A stretch of DNA of 64,000 nucleotides from Selaginella moellendorffii (lineage: Eukaryota > Plantae > Lycopodiophyta), in NCBI RefSeq assembly GCF_000143415.4, contig NW_003314272.1, positions 1,558,374 to 1,622,373 of the forward strand. Direction: 5' to 3'. A model generated the notes under the pieces. It did not search any database and had not been told where the DNA came from. It saw only the letters and a program-made list of their open reading frames with translations. Each line of letters starts with the position of its first letter. Positions within the stretch are counted from its first letter, which is position 1. Both the position numbers and the translations under genes were made by a program. Below, one piece after another: positions 28,850-42,689 of this stretch.

Positions 28850-30850
28850 TCGTCCACGAGCCAGCAGCAGCAGTCCGGCGGATGTGGTCCGCGGGGGACG
28901 TGGAGGAGCAATGTGAGCTGGAATGCGCATCTTGATGAGGCTTGGCATGATGTTATTTCCTGGAACTCAATCCTCTCAGCAAGTGCCCAAAGCGGGCATC
29001 TGGAACATACCAAGCTTCTGTTTGATACAATGCCTGTGCAGGGCTTGGTTGCAGTAACCACCATACTAACAGGTTACGGGCAAAGTGGTCGTGTTACACA
29101 CTCCAAGAAAATCCTTGATCAAAGCCCAGATAAAGATCCGATTGCCTGGGACGCCATGATTTCGGCTTATGCGCATAATGGGCGTTTTCAAACGCGCTGG
29201 ATGTGTATGGTGCGATCAAGGTTGAAGAGGAGAGACCGGGCTCCACGTTGGTTCTTCTCGTGTGTGGACGCACTGGATAAGTTTGGGATGGCTTGCGTTG
29301 CTTCGCATGGGATCGTTGCAAACAAGCTCCATGGACTGGCGATTGTTTGCTGGGTGCATCGACGAGCTATAGCAATTTGGAACATGGTGCTCACGCAGCT
29401 AAGACTCTCTTGGGTGGTGCCGCCCATGACCTCCTTGCGAACATGTATGCGATGAAAGATGGAGCAACCAGGAAAGTATGGTCTTTTCGAAGAGGAGGAC
29501 AAGGTTGGCTGAGAGTTTGCGATGAGGCGATGGTTGCTCTAGCTCTAAGAACTGGATTGCCCTGCTGCTCGACGATTCGAGGGCGAGATATCGCTCCAAC
29601 TTGCTGATTCACAGGTATGGGAAGCCTGGAAACTTGGAGCTTGCGTGCAAGGCTTTTGGGGCCATCAAGCATCCCAATGTTTTCTCGTGGAAGCTTTTCA
29701 TCGCGGCATGCATTTTACCGGACGCAAGAGAGGTGTTTGGAACACAATCCTGCGTGGTCATTTCCAGCTCGCTAACCTTCGCGAAGCTATGGCAGTGATG
29801 CCGGAGGAGAGGGGCGTCGTTTCGTGGACTACTGTCCTCTTAGCAAATGCCCAAGCAGGGCATTTTGACGTTTCAATTGCCTTGTTTAATGTGATGCCCG
29901 TACGTAGCGTGGCCAGCTGGAATACTCTTTTACAAGCGTACACATTGTTCAAAAAGCTGGCAGAGACTCGCGATTTGTTTTTCTGCGTGCCTTTAATGAG
30001 ATGTTTCAGCGTGGAAATGCTGTAGCGGGGCATTGTGCCGGGGCTCAAATAAATCCATGCCAGAGATGGACGTGGTTTCTTTAACGTCAATGATGAAAGC
30101 ATTTGGCGAGGCTGGGGGCTTGCAGGGAGCGCAAAAAGTATGTGATTCCTCTCCCGCGAAGACATCGTGTGCTGGAGCGCCATGGTAACCGCGTGTGCGG
30201 AAGATGCTAAGTGCCTGTTTGACCGGATGCCTGAATGGAAAACGGTGGCCTGCTCGGCCTTGATCTCGGCCTACGGCCAACACTTCCATCTCGAGGCAGC
30301 CATGCAGGTGTTCTTCGTGGTTTCCTGCAATGCACTCTTGACCGTTTACTCCAAAAGCTGCAGACGCTCGACGCAATAGCCTACCGTAATGTGGGATCCT
30401 GGAGCTCGCTGGCCGCAGCTTACGCCGATAACGGGAGTCTCGAAAACTCAGCAAAGGTATTTGCAATGATCCCCGACCCGGATCCCGTGTCCTGGAGCTC
30501 CATGATCACAGCCTATGCTCGATCTGTAACCAAGCCACCATACCACCCGACTGATGCAGCTCCAGGGCTTCGCGCTGGACAGCATCACATTCCTGGGCAT
30601 TCTCAACGCTTGCAAGCAAAGGGGGCTGCTTACTCATAGTGGCGGAGCACGACTATGGAGCGGTCATCGACGCCCTTGCCGGATCGGGGCTCTTGGGCTG
30701 CGGCGAGGAGCTCGCCGCCAGCCTGCCGCTGGGATTGGACGCTGCCGGTTGCGCGTCACTGCTGGGAGCTTGCCGGATCCACTGGGACGTGAGCCTTGGA
30801 AGGCGGGGTGTGCGAAGGCCTCGCACTCCAATCCATATAGCAGTTGAGAA
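28850..30850 (+). pseudogene. Degenerate PLS-class PPR gene, copy 1
   Basis: DVISWNSILSASAQSGH, DPIAWDAMISAYAHNG, VVSWTTVLLANAQAGH, DSITFLGILNAC and E-domain-like SLLGACRIH, spread over multiple frames. Confidence 0.85.
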
Positions 30851-31697
30851 TATTATAATACACCTCCAGCCTCCCAAGAGGGATCTCCGAGCGAGAACTT
30901 GGCTAGTGTTGGTGGTGGATGGAGCGTTCGAGTTTGCTTCTTCTTGAGCACCTCCGCCGCAAAAAAATGGTGGATGTCGTCAAGGATTTTAGTCGTCCTC
31001 ATCGTGTCGTCGTAGTCCCAGGAATCGTACCTGCTGCGGGAGGCGATGATTTCAATCTCTCGCTTGGGCCTGGATTGAGCAAGCGTGGCGAACAAGACGG
31101 AAATTCCAGTACTCCGTAAATGGTCCGACTGCTGTGGCTGCCCTTGCTCCTGTGCGCGCTCGTATGACTTAAGGTGTGAGTCGGCGCCCCAGCGGGTATC
31201 TGAGGATGCCGGCGTCATGCTCTTGAGTGCACTTTGGCCTCGTCTACGCGACCTTGCTTCATCAAGAAAATGCCCAGGTTACACATCTTCTTGTTGTCCG
31301 GTTCCATGGACGGAGCTTTCCTGCCAATGATTCACAGCTTATGATCAATGGATTCGTCGAGCGGGCGATGGGATTGCTTACCCCTGTAGACTGCATCCGC
31401 TGCAGTGTAATCGGATTGATGCAGATTCCCATGTGGCTTACTCTCATCCTCCACAAAGGTTGTCAGGCGTATCCACAAGATGCATTACCAGCGTTTGACT
31501 TGATCTGCCCAAGTGCAGCTCACGTTCAAGACAGTAGCGGAAAGCAAATCTGTGACTGCATTCTAAAGATGAATATCCCGTCACAATCATTCCCTGATAG
31601 AATATTCTAGCTGAGAAAACCCTAGTGGGTCCAAGGGCGGCGTCTTCTCGCTAGGTCACATCTGGTTGCGGTTGCAGCAGGTGGGTTCTGAGTGGAG

Positions 31698-32319
31698 ATG
31701 TCAACGGTTTATTTTCAGCAAGCAAGGGATTACATTCTCCGTGGTGGAGATGGATCTTGTGGCATTATTATTAGTCCAGACACTGTAGCCACATACTTGC
31801 ATGACAATCATACTCAATGGGTCGTAGGGCAGGAAGTGGCATTTTATCAGAGGGATGGCACAAAAATAAAGCTGAAGGTGAGTAACATTCACCCTCCAGG
31901 TGACACTATTCTTCTTAAATCTGCCCAGCAAAGGATGAATGCTCCAGACCTTAACACAGATGACGTAGATACCCTTTGTGGTGCAAAATACATGATGATT
32001 GGGCTCTCAGGAAAGGATGCCGCTCTTCGTCCACGAGAGGGCATTCTTCAAGGCGCAGCTCGACATGGCCCATATATGATAGGTATAGCTTCTTTGCAAA
32101 ACCCTTTAATTGTTCACTCCTAATGTCATAACATTTCTAGGCTCGAGTGGGTCAAGCAAAGGTGACTCTGGCGGTGGTGTATTCGACATTAACAATCCCG
32201 ACATTTTATTAGGAATGAATATTGGACACAGCCCCAACATTGAATATGCTGTTCAAGATTGCTACACACCACCATCGGCATGGATAGTACCAAGTGGTCT
32301 ACTCAAGCTACTCTCCTGA
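31698..32319 (+). CDS. Small trypsin-like serine peptidase (Trypsin_2-like), 2 exons, no signal peptide
   Basis: Exons 31698-32082 and 32141-32319 (58-nt intron) are in frame. Triad motifs ATYLH, GDTILL and GSSKGDSGGGVF..LLGM; telo-box-like aaaccctag upstream (~31617). Confidence 0.8.
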
Positions 32320-32776
32320 TCACTCTCTTCTGTCATACTTTTATGTTCTACTTACTAGACTGTTTGTTTATTTCTAAGTTTGCTGATTGTAATCTGCATT
32401 TACCATCGCTGTTTACCTGACACAAAGAGAAGGAATGTTATAATGAAAGCAAAAGTAAGAGCAAACCTTCCACGCCTTGAAGTTTCCAGGTAAATTTCAG
32501 TCTCCTTTTCCTCGGAGACAAGAACGTTCTAGAACATCTCAAGTCAATCTACGAGTTGAAAGAACTTGACCACTGCTGCATAGTGTTTTGATGAAAACTT
32601 CGTTTGAAACTTCTTTTGTTCTTCTCCCTGGAAGCGAGTAATATTTCCTGAAGAAAGAAAAATAGTACCTGTATGTTTGTGTCTCCAGCAAGTCCAATGA
32701 GTTTGCAAGACCAGCCTAAAGCGCACAAAATCGAAGAATAAGAACTGGGACAAACAATTCGAGAGACAAGAATACC

Positions 32777-33082
32777 TTGTTAACAGCACCTTTCTTTCCT
32801 GGAGTGTTTCCTCCGCTAGATCACTCGACTGCCTTCAGAGTGGCTCCTCCTCCACACCCGAGATTTGGATATCCTCTGAAACCAGCACCACAGGGCCCCA
32901 ACAAGGGGGCTCCTCCAACTCCATTCCCAGGATTTGCAAACTCTCCACCATCCTTTCCTGGAGGATTCCCTCCACATCCAAGCTCCAGCAAGCCAGGGAG
33001 CGCTCCGCCAACGCATGGATCTCACTCCACTCAAGCACCGCCACCTTTCCACGGAACCAAGAAGTCTAGATCACCAAAATAA
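32777..33082 (+). pseudogene. Pro-rich cell-wall-protein-like fragment
   Basis: PFFPG/PPSFPGGFPP-rich ORF with no ATG or signal peptide. Confidence 0.35.
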
Positions 33083-33178
33083 ACGTTGGAGCTTACCTTG
33101 TGACCGTTCCTCAATTCCTGGCACGGACCTTCCAGTTAGCGATAAATCCTCCTCTTCCTGTCCAAATGTCCAAAAAGA

Positions 33179-34135
33179 ATGGCGATGCTGCTACTCTCGC
33201 CACAACTCCTCGCGGCCAGCGCCGCGAGAGACCTCTACACCGCCGAGCTATCGGCTCCCTCGTCCACGAGGATCGTCCTTGGCCACGCCATCTGCAACAC
33301 CTGCTGGCAAATCACCGCCAACTCGATGCCTCTTCCCAGTACGTGCCTCTCTAGCAATCCTGAGCTTTGCTCGATCTCCTCTTTTCCTTGTGTGATCTGT
33401 GCAGACGGTACCGCAGCTGTCAAGTGCTTCGATGCTGGCGGCCGGATCATCGTCCGAGAGACGAGTAAAACGGGAGCCTTCACGGTGGAGCTCCCGCTCT
33501 AGATCGCCGACTCGGTTAGCATGCTCTTGACATGGGGGCCACTCAATCACCTCTGAAAGCTGGTTGCAGGATGGACGGCAAGTGTATGGAGTCGGGCCAT
33601 CCATGTTTTGTCACCGAGCGAAGCTCCTGCATTGCAGTGGCAATCACTGGCAGACACAATCCTCAATCTCTTCGCCTCCGTTGTCAGTTTGCCAGTCACC
33701 TTCCTCGACTGCTATGCTCTTTCCGAACCATCGTCTGCATGGAGCGCTTCCAACACTGGAAACGGTGGTCTCCAGGTCAACCTCTCCTGCAGCAACCTTT
33801 TCCCGTCCACTCCATCCTCTTCGTCATCTCCATCTCCGGGACTTCCGACCTTCCCATTTCCACTGTTTCCGCTCCAGACTGTTCCAACGAGCACTCCCTT
33901 CACCGTTCCTTTCCCAAGCGTTCCCAGCATTCCTTTCCCAAGCGTTCCCATTCCTACGAGCATTCCTTTCCCAAGCGTTCCCATTCCTACGAGCATTCCT
34001 TTCCCGAAGATCCCCCCCAATAACCATCGGTCTGACCACTCCACAAACACCAGCTGCTTCCCTGGCTCTCCTGTATCATTTTCTCCACCAAGTCCTGCTC
34101 CCTATCCTACACTGTCCCCAGCCTTGATGTTGTGA
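33179..34135 (+). pseudogene. Pollen Ole e 1 / proline-rich extensin-like gene with internal stop
   Basis: Signal-like N-terminus, VLGHAICNTC..PLP / AVKC..TSKTGAFTVELP (Ole e 1 pattern), TAG at 33500-33502, then SIPFPSVPIPT repeats (33-bp tandem unit, ~33907-34007). Confidence 0.55.
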
Positions 34136-35974
34136 GCTGCAGTTTTGTATAGAAAAGTTAGTGACTGATCGGAATTGTCCAATACTTACAGGACCTGTTT
34201 TTCAGCAAACCCCTTTCCCTGATCGATGATCACAAAGCCTTGTGCTGCTCGATCACCTTGGAGGCATGAAGACGTGAAGATGGATTCACAGTGCAACCGA
34301 AGCGCCGAAGAAACGCAATCTACAATCAGAGTTTTAGAGGGTCTATTGTCGGTGCATATCCACAACCTGTTTTGCCGTTGCAGGAACGGAGCCCATTGTA
34401 CGCTCAGAACATTTTTGCTGGCAGTACTCCTGGAGAGGCGAGTAAAATAAAATAATGTGAGAACAAACCTGTCGTTCTGCAGGAAGTTTTTCCCACTTGA
34501 CACTCTTATACAAATACAAATAGAAATATATGTATTTCCGGCCAGTAAAACTTACCTGGTCGGCGTACGCTAATGCTGCAATGAACGTTTCAACGCGTGC
34601 ACTGTATCCTGTGTAACTTACGAAATAAAAGGTGATAAAGCGTATTTCTATGAATATAAAGACCTTGTTCTTCGCAGCCGCTCGTCTATAGCCAAACCAA
34701 CCTACAATTAAAATGACCACCATCACAAAAGCCTGGTCTTACTTTCATGAGCAGACGTTTTGGATCCTGAAAAGCAGACTTACCTCCAAAGATGAAGACT
34801 CGTGAAGCAGTGGCGTTTCCAATTCGTTGGCCTAGAAAGATGAAATCAAAGCTAGCAAGAAGAGGGCAATCTTACCTTCACAATGAACACCCTGTCCCAC
34901 TCCAGTCCCTTCGACTGCAAAACAAAGAGAAAATGGTAATAGAAACATAGAAAGACGATAAGCTCGCACCTGATGCATTGTTGTCATCGTCACTGAATTA
35001 TGATTTTCTTCTTGGCAAGTTCGAAAGTTCTCGGTCTCTCCAACAATTATATGGTCCAGAAAAGCTTTAAGAAGCACTGAGCATCCCAGCTGCCGAGAAT
35101 TTGGTTTCACTTCCTCTTGAAGCCCAAGGTTCTTAGAGCTTTTCGACGTCTTTTTTGGAGGACATAGCTGCAAGCAGCCGCTGTCGAGGGTCCAAGGTCT
35201 TTTGCAGGACAAAAGTTGGCCCCTGGCATCAATGTGATAGTGATATACTGTCTAGTTTTGCCTCTTGAGATTCGAACATTTCCAGAGGGAGAGAGATAAG
35301 TTGTGTCGAGCCATCCTTTGGCCTCGTCGCCCGCTATGGAACTTTGAATGGAAGGAACGAGAAAGAGAATGCGGCCCGGTCGAAACGAAAGCTGATCCTT
35401 TTAGAGCTAGTAACTGAGGCTTCGTCCTGGAAGATTTCTCCAAAGTTAAAGAAACAGGCAAACTATGTTTGCTTACCTCCACTTTGAGCTCACCAATTTT
35501 CTCGGAAAACTTTACAATGTTTGACACCCTCTGGTCGCTGCGATCGCTGAGTTTGATGTCCTGGAAAACTCCCTACAAAAAAGTCAAGGCGGTGAATAAA
35601 TGAATGAATGTTTGTAGTAGAAGTTTTAACTTGAATCGGGCATGCAGTGCTGGGCCTTGTTGTGTACATTAATTAATCTCCATATGCCTTCGATCAACTC
35701 CGACGAGCATCATCTTTGCCCCCAGAGCTTCCAGCGACGCTGCCGCGGCCTTGGCTTTGTCTTTGGCCTTTTGAGCGTTGGCAACCGCCTGTGCTTCCTG
35801 TCTAGCCAGCTCCTTTCCCTCTTCCTCCAGCTCGTTGACGAGAGCAGCGGCATCCTTCGCCTCTTCCAGCGCTTTCTTGGCTTCGGCCTCTGCCTGCTCC
35901 CGGAAGTTGTCTCTGCCGCTCTTCGGCCTCCGCTTTGGCTCGCGCCTCCGAACAATGCAGCTCGTCTTCCATCC

Positions 35975-37950
35975 TCTGGTATAGCACGAGATCTTAGTTT
36001 CCTGGGAAATATCATCCAAAAGATAGTCCAACACCTGGAGTCCAACACAAGTTAGACATATTTCAAAGAAGAATGTTTGCTCACAGTCCGACAATCTTCA
36101 TCCTCGTTCACGAGATTCAAAAGCGCATCTCTGCATTAACAGGATAAGCATCTTGTAGAGAAACTTACTCTTACCTGAGATAGAATATTCAATACAGCGG
36201 TCACTAGGCTCGACAAAGATTGTTCCTGGTTCAAAATGCAATTCATCGTAAAATCTGATTTTTACGGCCTTGGCCAAGTTGGCGCCTGAAAAAGAGAAGA
36301 GAAATGTTTGCACGCATTTATAATGCTAAAGGCACCCGAAACTTTTGCCATAAAAATAATCTCTGCTGCTTCAAGAAAACTACAATTTTCATTTTTTGCA
36401 ACGTACTTCACTGCCTGAAAATTCCCAATGTCTGTATAAGACACAAAACAGATATCATACCTTCCTTTTGTCCGTTTTATCACCACCATATAACGCCTAC
36501 TCTTCTTTCAAACACGGTCCCACTTCTTCCTAAGGATGTCCACAATAAAGCAATCACGTCTTTAACCACCTACAATATGCAATGAAAGTCAGCCAACTAG
36601 GAAAGAAAAGCGAGCATGAAACCTTCTTGCAGTAGACTGCTACTCCATGCATATTGAACGGAATCTTTCGACTACGGAAAGCAGATTGAAATATTTTGCC
36701 TGTGACCTACAAGAGAAAATGACGAAATCAAATACACACCTGTTGCCTGTAGAGTATAGCAAAGTTTGCAAACACCGGCTTGATGTCACTGGCCACTGAT
36801 GCCTTTTCCAGGATTTCATCGACCACAAATGCGCACTGTGCTTCTTCATTTCGGCACTCCATAACAACTGTCTGGAGAACCAAAAATAGTCGGCAAAATA
36901 TGTTCTGAATTCCTGATACCTTTTCTCCAAAATCGTCATCCATTCGCACAACTTTAGCACTGCAGCCTGAATCATTATGTTGAATGACACATCTCGCTGC
37001 TTCTACAATGCAGCCAGTCGAGCGATAATTTTGGTGTGGTCTCACCTAAGCACGCAGACAACAACTCACATGACTACGTTATTTATTTCAGGTTTTCAGA
37101 CCTCTTTGTAGTTTGGAACGTCATTCCGGAATGTGGAAAAACCGAGAGAGTTGGCACCATTGAAGCTGAAAACGGACTTAGCAAAAGTAAATATTAGCAG
37201 AACGTACCTGATGATATCCGACCCAACCACAGTGACCCTCCCGTGCAGAGAAAGAAGCTTGTACTGCATCACACTCGTATCTTGGAATTCGTCAACGAGT
37301 ACATATGCCCAAGTGTTGTGACATTCCGCTAACGCTGTGTGAAAGAAGGGTGTTGCAGTACACTGCACGCTTTTACCATCAGGGAACAGCTTACTTCTCC
37401 GCATGAGAGCGACAGAGTTGCAAACAAAAGGAATGAAACGTCGAGATCATAAGTTCCTTGGACGCCTCCTTCCCCACCACAGCAGCGACGTGGTCCATCA
37501 CCTCCGTTGCAGCAGCTGTTGTGAAGGTCATTGTTCTTGGAGTCTACCCCCTGTGCCGAACCCTTGAGCTTTGCAACAAAAGAGAGCGAGAGAGAGAGAG
37601 AGAGAGCACTGCCCTGCACTGCATACCTCGTTTAACAGTGTCAGAATACGTGCGACCATTGTAGAGATCTGATAAACGAATCGTAGTCAGAAAAGAATAG
37701 CAATGAAAAAAGAAAAAAAGAAAAAGTGTGTACCTTTCCACTTCCCGGCCCCGCAACAATCAGAAGTAGCGCTGCATCCCTTTGGGACACATTGAGCTTC
37801 CGGAGACACGTTGGCATGTCTGCTGCAGAACCTCCATCGCGTCAAAGCCTATCAATCTCCTCGAAAGCGTCATCATCAAAATCGTCTGCTTCCCCTCCAC
37901 ACACAGCAGCATTCACATCCAGATCCGGCCTCACCCCGCGCACCTTAGAT
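35975..37950 (-). pseudogene. SRS2: SRS2-like helicase pseudogene, copy 2
   Basis: LLIVAGPGSGK, VLVDEFQDTSVMQY and SVFSFNGA; duplicate of 25510-27480. Confidence 0.8.
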
Positions 37951-38165
37951 CACTCACCACACTTTTTCGGGCAAAAGCATCAATCGATACCTCTGGTCCA
38001 AATGCGCGCCGGCGCCGGCGGATTTCCGAGGCAGCCGCGCCTTGGCAGCGCGATGGCTGGCCCGCTGCTCCTCGCTGAGATGCTCCGACTCGAGCTTTTT
38101 CCTTTTAAACTTAGTCATTCTGCCCTAAAGTTTCGAGTTTTGGTAGGGTTTGGCTCTCTGTGGAG

Positions 38166-39085
38166 ATGGAGAGCCTGGTGGCGCGGTGTAAGAGCAAAGC
38201 CGAGAAGAAGCTGTTTGGGCGGAGCAAGGGCAAGAAGAAGAAGGAAGAGCTCCAGGAGCAGCTGGATGACATGCGGAAGAAATTTGAGGTAAGTAAATAG
38301 CTTGGATTGGAATGACAGCTTTGCTTCCTTCTATAGCGAATGGAGGCGCTTATGAAGGCCTCCGGTTCTTCCTCCTCTGTGACGACGGCTGCGAACCCTC
38401 CTCCTCGTGTGAAGCCTCCTCCTGGCGCTTTGAAGCTGCTGCAGTTTGTGGGCACCTGTAGCGATAAAGGGGTCGCTCTTTTCATCGGAACTCCACCTGC
38501 GACTCTAGCGTTAAGCCCACAGCCAACGTGCATCGTCGTGGCTTACAAGGAGACCATGGTGTGGAAGGAAGGTGGAGAAGTTACTGTGACGATCAATGGG
38601 CAGACTGTGAAAGGTGAGGTTGTTTCCCTGTTTCCCAGGAAGCCTTGGGTGGCTGCTGTTGAGCTCTTCGAACCGGTAAGCTACTGCTTCAATACCCTGA
38701 TTCATCCTGATCGGGTGTTTTTCTGATTCAGTTGGGACTACCTCCTAAGGTGCCTCTTATGGTTGGTCTGCCTCGAAATGAAGAGGTGGTTTTTGTGCGG
38801 CGGGCTGGGGAAGTTGAACTCCCTGCAATCCTCAAGAAGCACTACTTACCAGATGAAGTGGCTGGCATCGTCCCTGGTGTCCAAGTGGGTGATGTTATCG
38901 TTGAATGGGATTCAGATTCAAGGAGCCTGAGGGTGAGTGGGATTGTTGTCAAGACGGAGAAAGATGGTGCTGTGGTGGGGCTGCCCGTGGATGACGCCAC
39001 GCTACACTTTCTTGAGGCGGACAAGAAGAGCTGGTACCGAACAAAATACCCAGGGCGACTCTTGGCGGTGGGGAAGTATGGGTAG
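38166..39085 (+). CDS. 271-aa protein: basic helical header + putative catalytically dead trypsin-like fold
   Basis: Exons 38166-38288, 38337-38675 and 38732-39085 splice in frame with canonical GT-AG introns. The fold assignment is only by eye, against the protease at 31698. Confidence 0.65.
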
Positions 39086-39404
39086 TTGGAATGGTATGTG
39101 GCTGGTTTACGCTACGATAGCTACTGATAGTTAGTGACGATCTTTTGGTCAGACTGAACAACGACGGATATATATGTAAATTTTGGACTTCTAGATTAAT
39201 GGAAGAGCTGCTTTTGCTAGGCTCTGCAAATTCGCCATGTGAAATTGAGGCTACGTCTCAACAATACTTTTCATCAGCTTTAATTATTCAGACTTTGAGC
39301 TTCTTTTCTATCTGTTACTTGTGGAAAGACTCTCGTATGGTTCATAATCAAGGTTGACCATAACCAGTGAAGTATGTTTTATGTTAAACTAAGTTGTATC
39401 GTCG

Positions 39405-41313
39405 TCGTCCACGAGCCAGCAGCAGCAGTCCGGCGGATGTGGTCCGCGGGGGACGTGGAGGAGCAATGTGAGCTGGAATGCGCATCTTGATGGGGCTTGG
39501 CATGATGTTATTTCCTGGAACTCAATCCTCTCAGCAAGTGCCCAAAGCGGGCATCTGGAACATACCAAGCTTCTGTTTGATACAATGCCTGTGCAGGGCT
39601 TGGTTGCAGTAACCACCATACTAACAGGTTACGGGCGAAGTGGTCGTGTTACACACTCCAAGAAAATCCTTGATCAAAGCCCAGATAAAGATCCGATTGC
39701 CTGGGACGCCATGATTTCGGCTTATGCGCATAATGGGCGTTTTCAAACGCGCTGGATGTGTATGGTGCGATCAAGGTTGAAGAGGAGAGACCGGGCTCCA
39801 CGTTGGTTCTTCTCGTGTGTGGACGCACTGGATAAGTTTGGGATGGCTTGCGTTGCTTCGCATGGGATCGTTGCAAACAAGCTCCATGGACTGGCGATTG
39901 TTTGCTGGGTGCATCGACGAGCTATAGCAATTTGGAACATGGTGCTCACGCAGCTAAGACTCTCTTGGGTGGTGCCGCCCATGACCTCCTTGCGAACATG
40001 TATGCGATGAACGATGGAGCAACCAGGAAAGTATGGTCTTTTCGAAGAGGAGGACAAGGTTGGCTGAGAGTTTGCGATGAGGCGATGGTTGCTCTAGCTC
40101 TAAGAACTGGATTGCCCTGCTGCTCGACGATTCGAGGGCGAGATATCGCTCCAACTTGCTGATTCACAGGTATGGGAAGCCTGGAAACTTGGAGCTTGCG
40201 TGCAAGGCTTTTGGGGCCATCAAGCATCCCAATGTTTTCTCGTGGAAGCTTTTCATCGCGGCGTGCGTTTTACCGGACGCAAGAGAGGTGTTTGGAACAC
40301 AATCCTGCGTGGGCATTTCCAGCTCGCTAACCCTCGCGAAGCTATGGCAGTGATGCCGGAGGAGAGGGGCGTCGTTTCGTGGACTACTGTCCTCTTAGCA
40401 AATGCCCAAGCAGGGCATTTTGACGTTTCAATTGCCTTGTTTAATGTGATGCCCGTACGTAGCGTGGCCAGCTGGAATACTCTTTTACAAGCGTACACAT
40501 TGTTCAAAAAGCTGGCAGAGACTCGCGATTTGTTTTTCTGCATGCCATTACGGAGATGTTTCAGCGTGGAACACAATGATAGCTGGAAATGCTGTAGCGG
40601 GGCATTGTGCCGGGGCTCAAATAAATCCATGCCAGAGATGGACGTGGTTTCTTTAACGTCAATGATGAAAGCATTTGGCGAGGCTGGGGGCTTGCAGGGA
40701 GCGCAAAAAGTATGTGATTCCTCTCCCGCGAAGACATCGTGTGCTGGAGCGCCATGGTAACCGCGTGTGCGGAAGATGCTAAGTGCCTGTTTGACCGGAT
40801 GCCTGAATGGAAAACGGTGGCCTGCTCGGCCTTGATCTCGGCCTACGGCCAACACTTCCATCTCGAGGCAGCCATGCAGGTGTTCTTCGTGGTTTCCTGC
40901 AATGCACTCTTGACCGTTTACTCCAAAAGCTGCAGACGCTCGACGCAATAGCCTACCGTAATGTGGGATCCTGGAGCTCGCTGGCCGCAGCTTACGCCGA
41001 TAACGGGAGTCTCGAAAACTCAGCAAAGGTATTTGCAATGATCCCCGACCCGGATCCCGTGTCCTGGAGCTCCATGATCACAGCCTATGCTCGATCTGTA
41101 ACCAAGCCACCATACCACCCGACTGATGCAGCTCCAGGGCTTCGCGCTGGACAGCATCACATTCCTGGGCATTCTCAACGCTTGCAAGCAAAGGGGGCTG
41201 CTTACTCATAGTGGCGGAGCACGACTATGGAGCGGTCATCGACGCCCTTGCCGGATCGGGGCTCTTGGGCTGCGGCGAGGAGCTCGCCGCCAGCCTGCCG
41301 CTGGGATTGGACG
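39405..41313 (+). pseudogene. Degenerate PLS-class PPR gene, copy 2 (3'-truncated by the deletion)
   Basis: Near-identical to 28850-30741. Confidence 0.85.
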
Positions 41314-41572
41314 TTAAGAAGCACTGAGCATCCCAGCTGCCGAGAATTTGGTTTCACTTCCTCTTGAAGCCTAAGGTTCTTAGAGCTTTTCGACGTCTTT
41401 TTTGGAGGACATAGCTGCAAGCAGCCGCTGTCGGGGGTCCAAGGTCTTTTGCAGGACAAAAGTTGGCCCCTGGCATCAATGAGATAGTGATATACTGTCT
41501 AGTTGTGTACTTTTTTGCCTCTTGAGATTCGAACATTTCCAGAGGGAGAGAGATAAGTTGTGTCGAGCCATC

Positions 41573-41890
41573 CTTTGGCCTCGTCGCCCGGTATGGAACT
41601 TTGAATGGAAGGAACGAGAAAGAGAATGCGGCCCGGTCGAAACGAAAGCTGATCCTTTTAGAGCTAGTAACTGAGGCTTCGTCCTGGAAGATTTCTCTAA
41701 AGTTAAAGAAACAAGCAAACTATGTTTGCTTACCTCCACTTTGGCCTCGTCGCCCGGTATGGAACTTTGAATGGAAGGAACGACAAAGAGAATGCGGCCC
41801 GGTCGAAACGAAAGCTGATCCTTTTAGAGCTGAGGCTTCGTCCTGGAAGATTTCTCCAAAGTTAAAGAAACAAGCAAACTATGTTTGCTT
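41573..41890. repeat. Local 166-bp tandem duplication inside the second segmental copy
   Basis: ctttggcctcgtcgcccggtatgg starts at 41573 and 41739; ctttg microhomology at the junction. Confidence 0.9.
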
Positions 41891-42689
41891 AATTTTCTCG
41901 GAAAACTTTACAATGTTTGACACCCTCTGGTCGCTGCGATCGCTGAGTTTGATGTCCTGGAAAACTCCCACAAAAGTCCTCTACAAAAAAGTCAAGGCGG
42001 TGAATAAAATGAATGAATGTTTGTAGTAGAAGTTTTAACTTGAATCGGGCATGCAGTGCTGGGCCTTGTTGTGTACATTAATTAATCTCCATACGCCTTC
42101 GATCAACTCCGACTTTGTCTGCACAAATCGAATCATAAAAATCTCACTCTTTTATTCGAATCACTCACAGGTTCTTCAATGCCTCCATGCGCAATTTCCT
42201 CAATATATTTCAAATATAGGAAATGACTTTTTGTAGCATTCCACTGGAGTGTTTCGCAAGAATGTGTTAGTCTCAAACGTTAAAGATACTTTGTTGTGTG
42301 ATACACCGGCTGAACAAGTGAATTAGAAAGGCCAAACGAATGTCCGGAACGATAATTGTCGCTAGCAAACGATCTTCGCGGCTTCCATCAGGCCTAAGCT
42401 CCTATAGCGGCCAAGTCATAAACCAAGACAGGACCTGGGGAAGTCCCAACAATATGGGACTTCGATGCTTCCTCGCTCACGAGCGTCGACAAATCGTCTC
42501 TCGGCAGCCTCGGTAATGTCAAGGACTTCGTAGCAACCACCTGGAAATGGAAGAACCGTCGAATTCTTGCACTTCCTCTCGGATTTACTTCGTCTCGATA
42601 GATTGAGCATCAGGGCTCTCGATTCCCACACCTTGGATGTAGAAGCAGTCGAGATCGACGTGCGCGGCGCCTCGCCAGTGGCATCGCTC

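Larger units (their letters stand above)
25242..42113. repeat. Tandem segmental duplication: unit 25242-35704; second copy 35710-42113 lacks 30742-35066
   Basis: Direct identity at offsets 10468-10572. The deletion junction ggacg|ttaagaagc is at 41313/41314. Confidence 0.95.

Noticed and set aside
34186-35600. Multi-exon minus-strand remnant with a transmembrane-like segment
   Set aside because: I could not build a consistent frame or assign a family.
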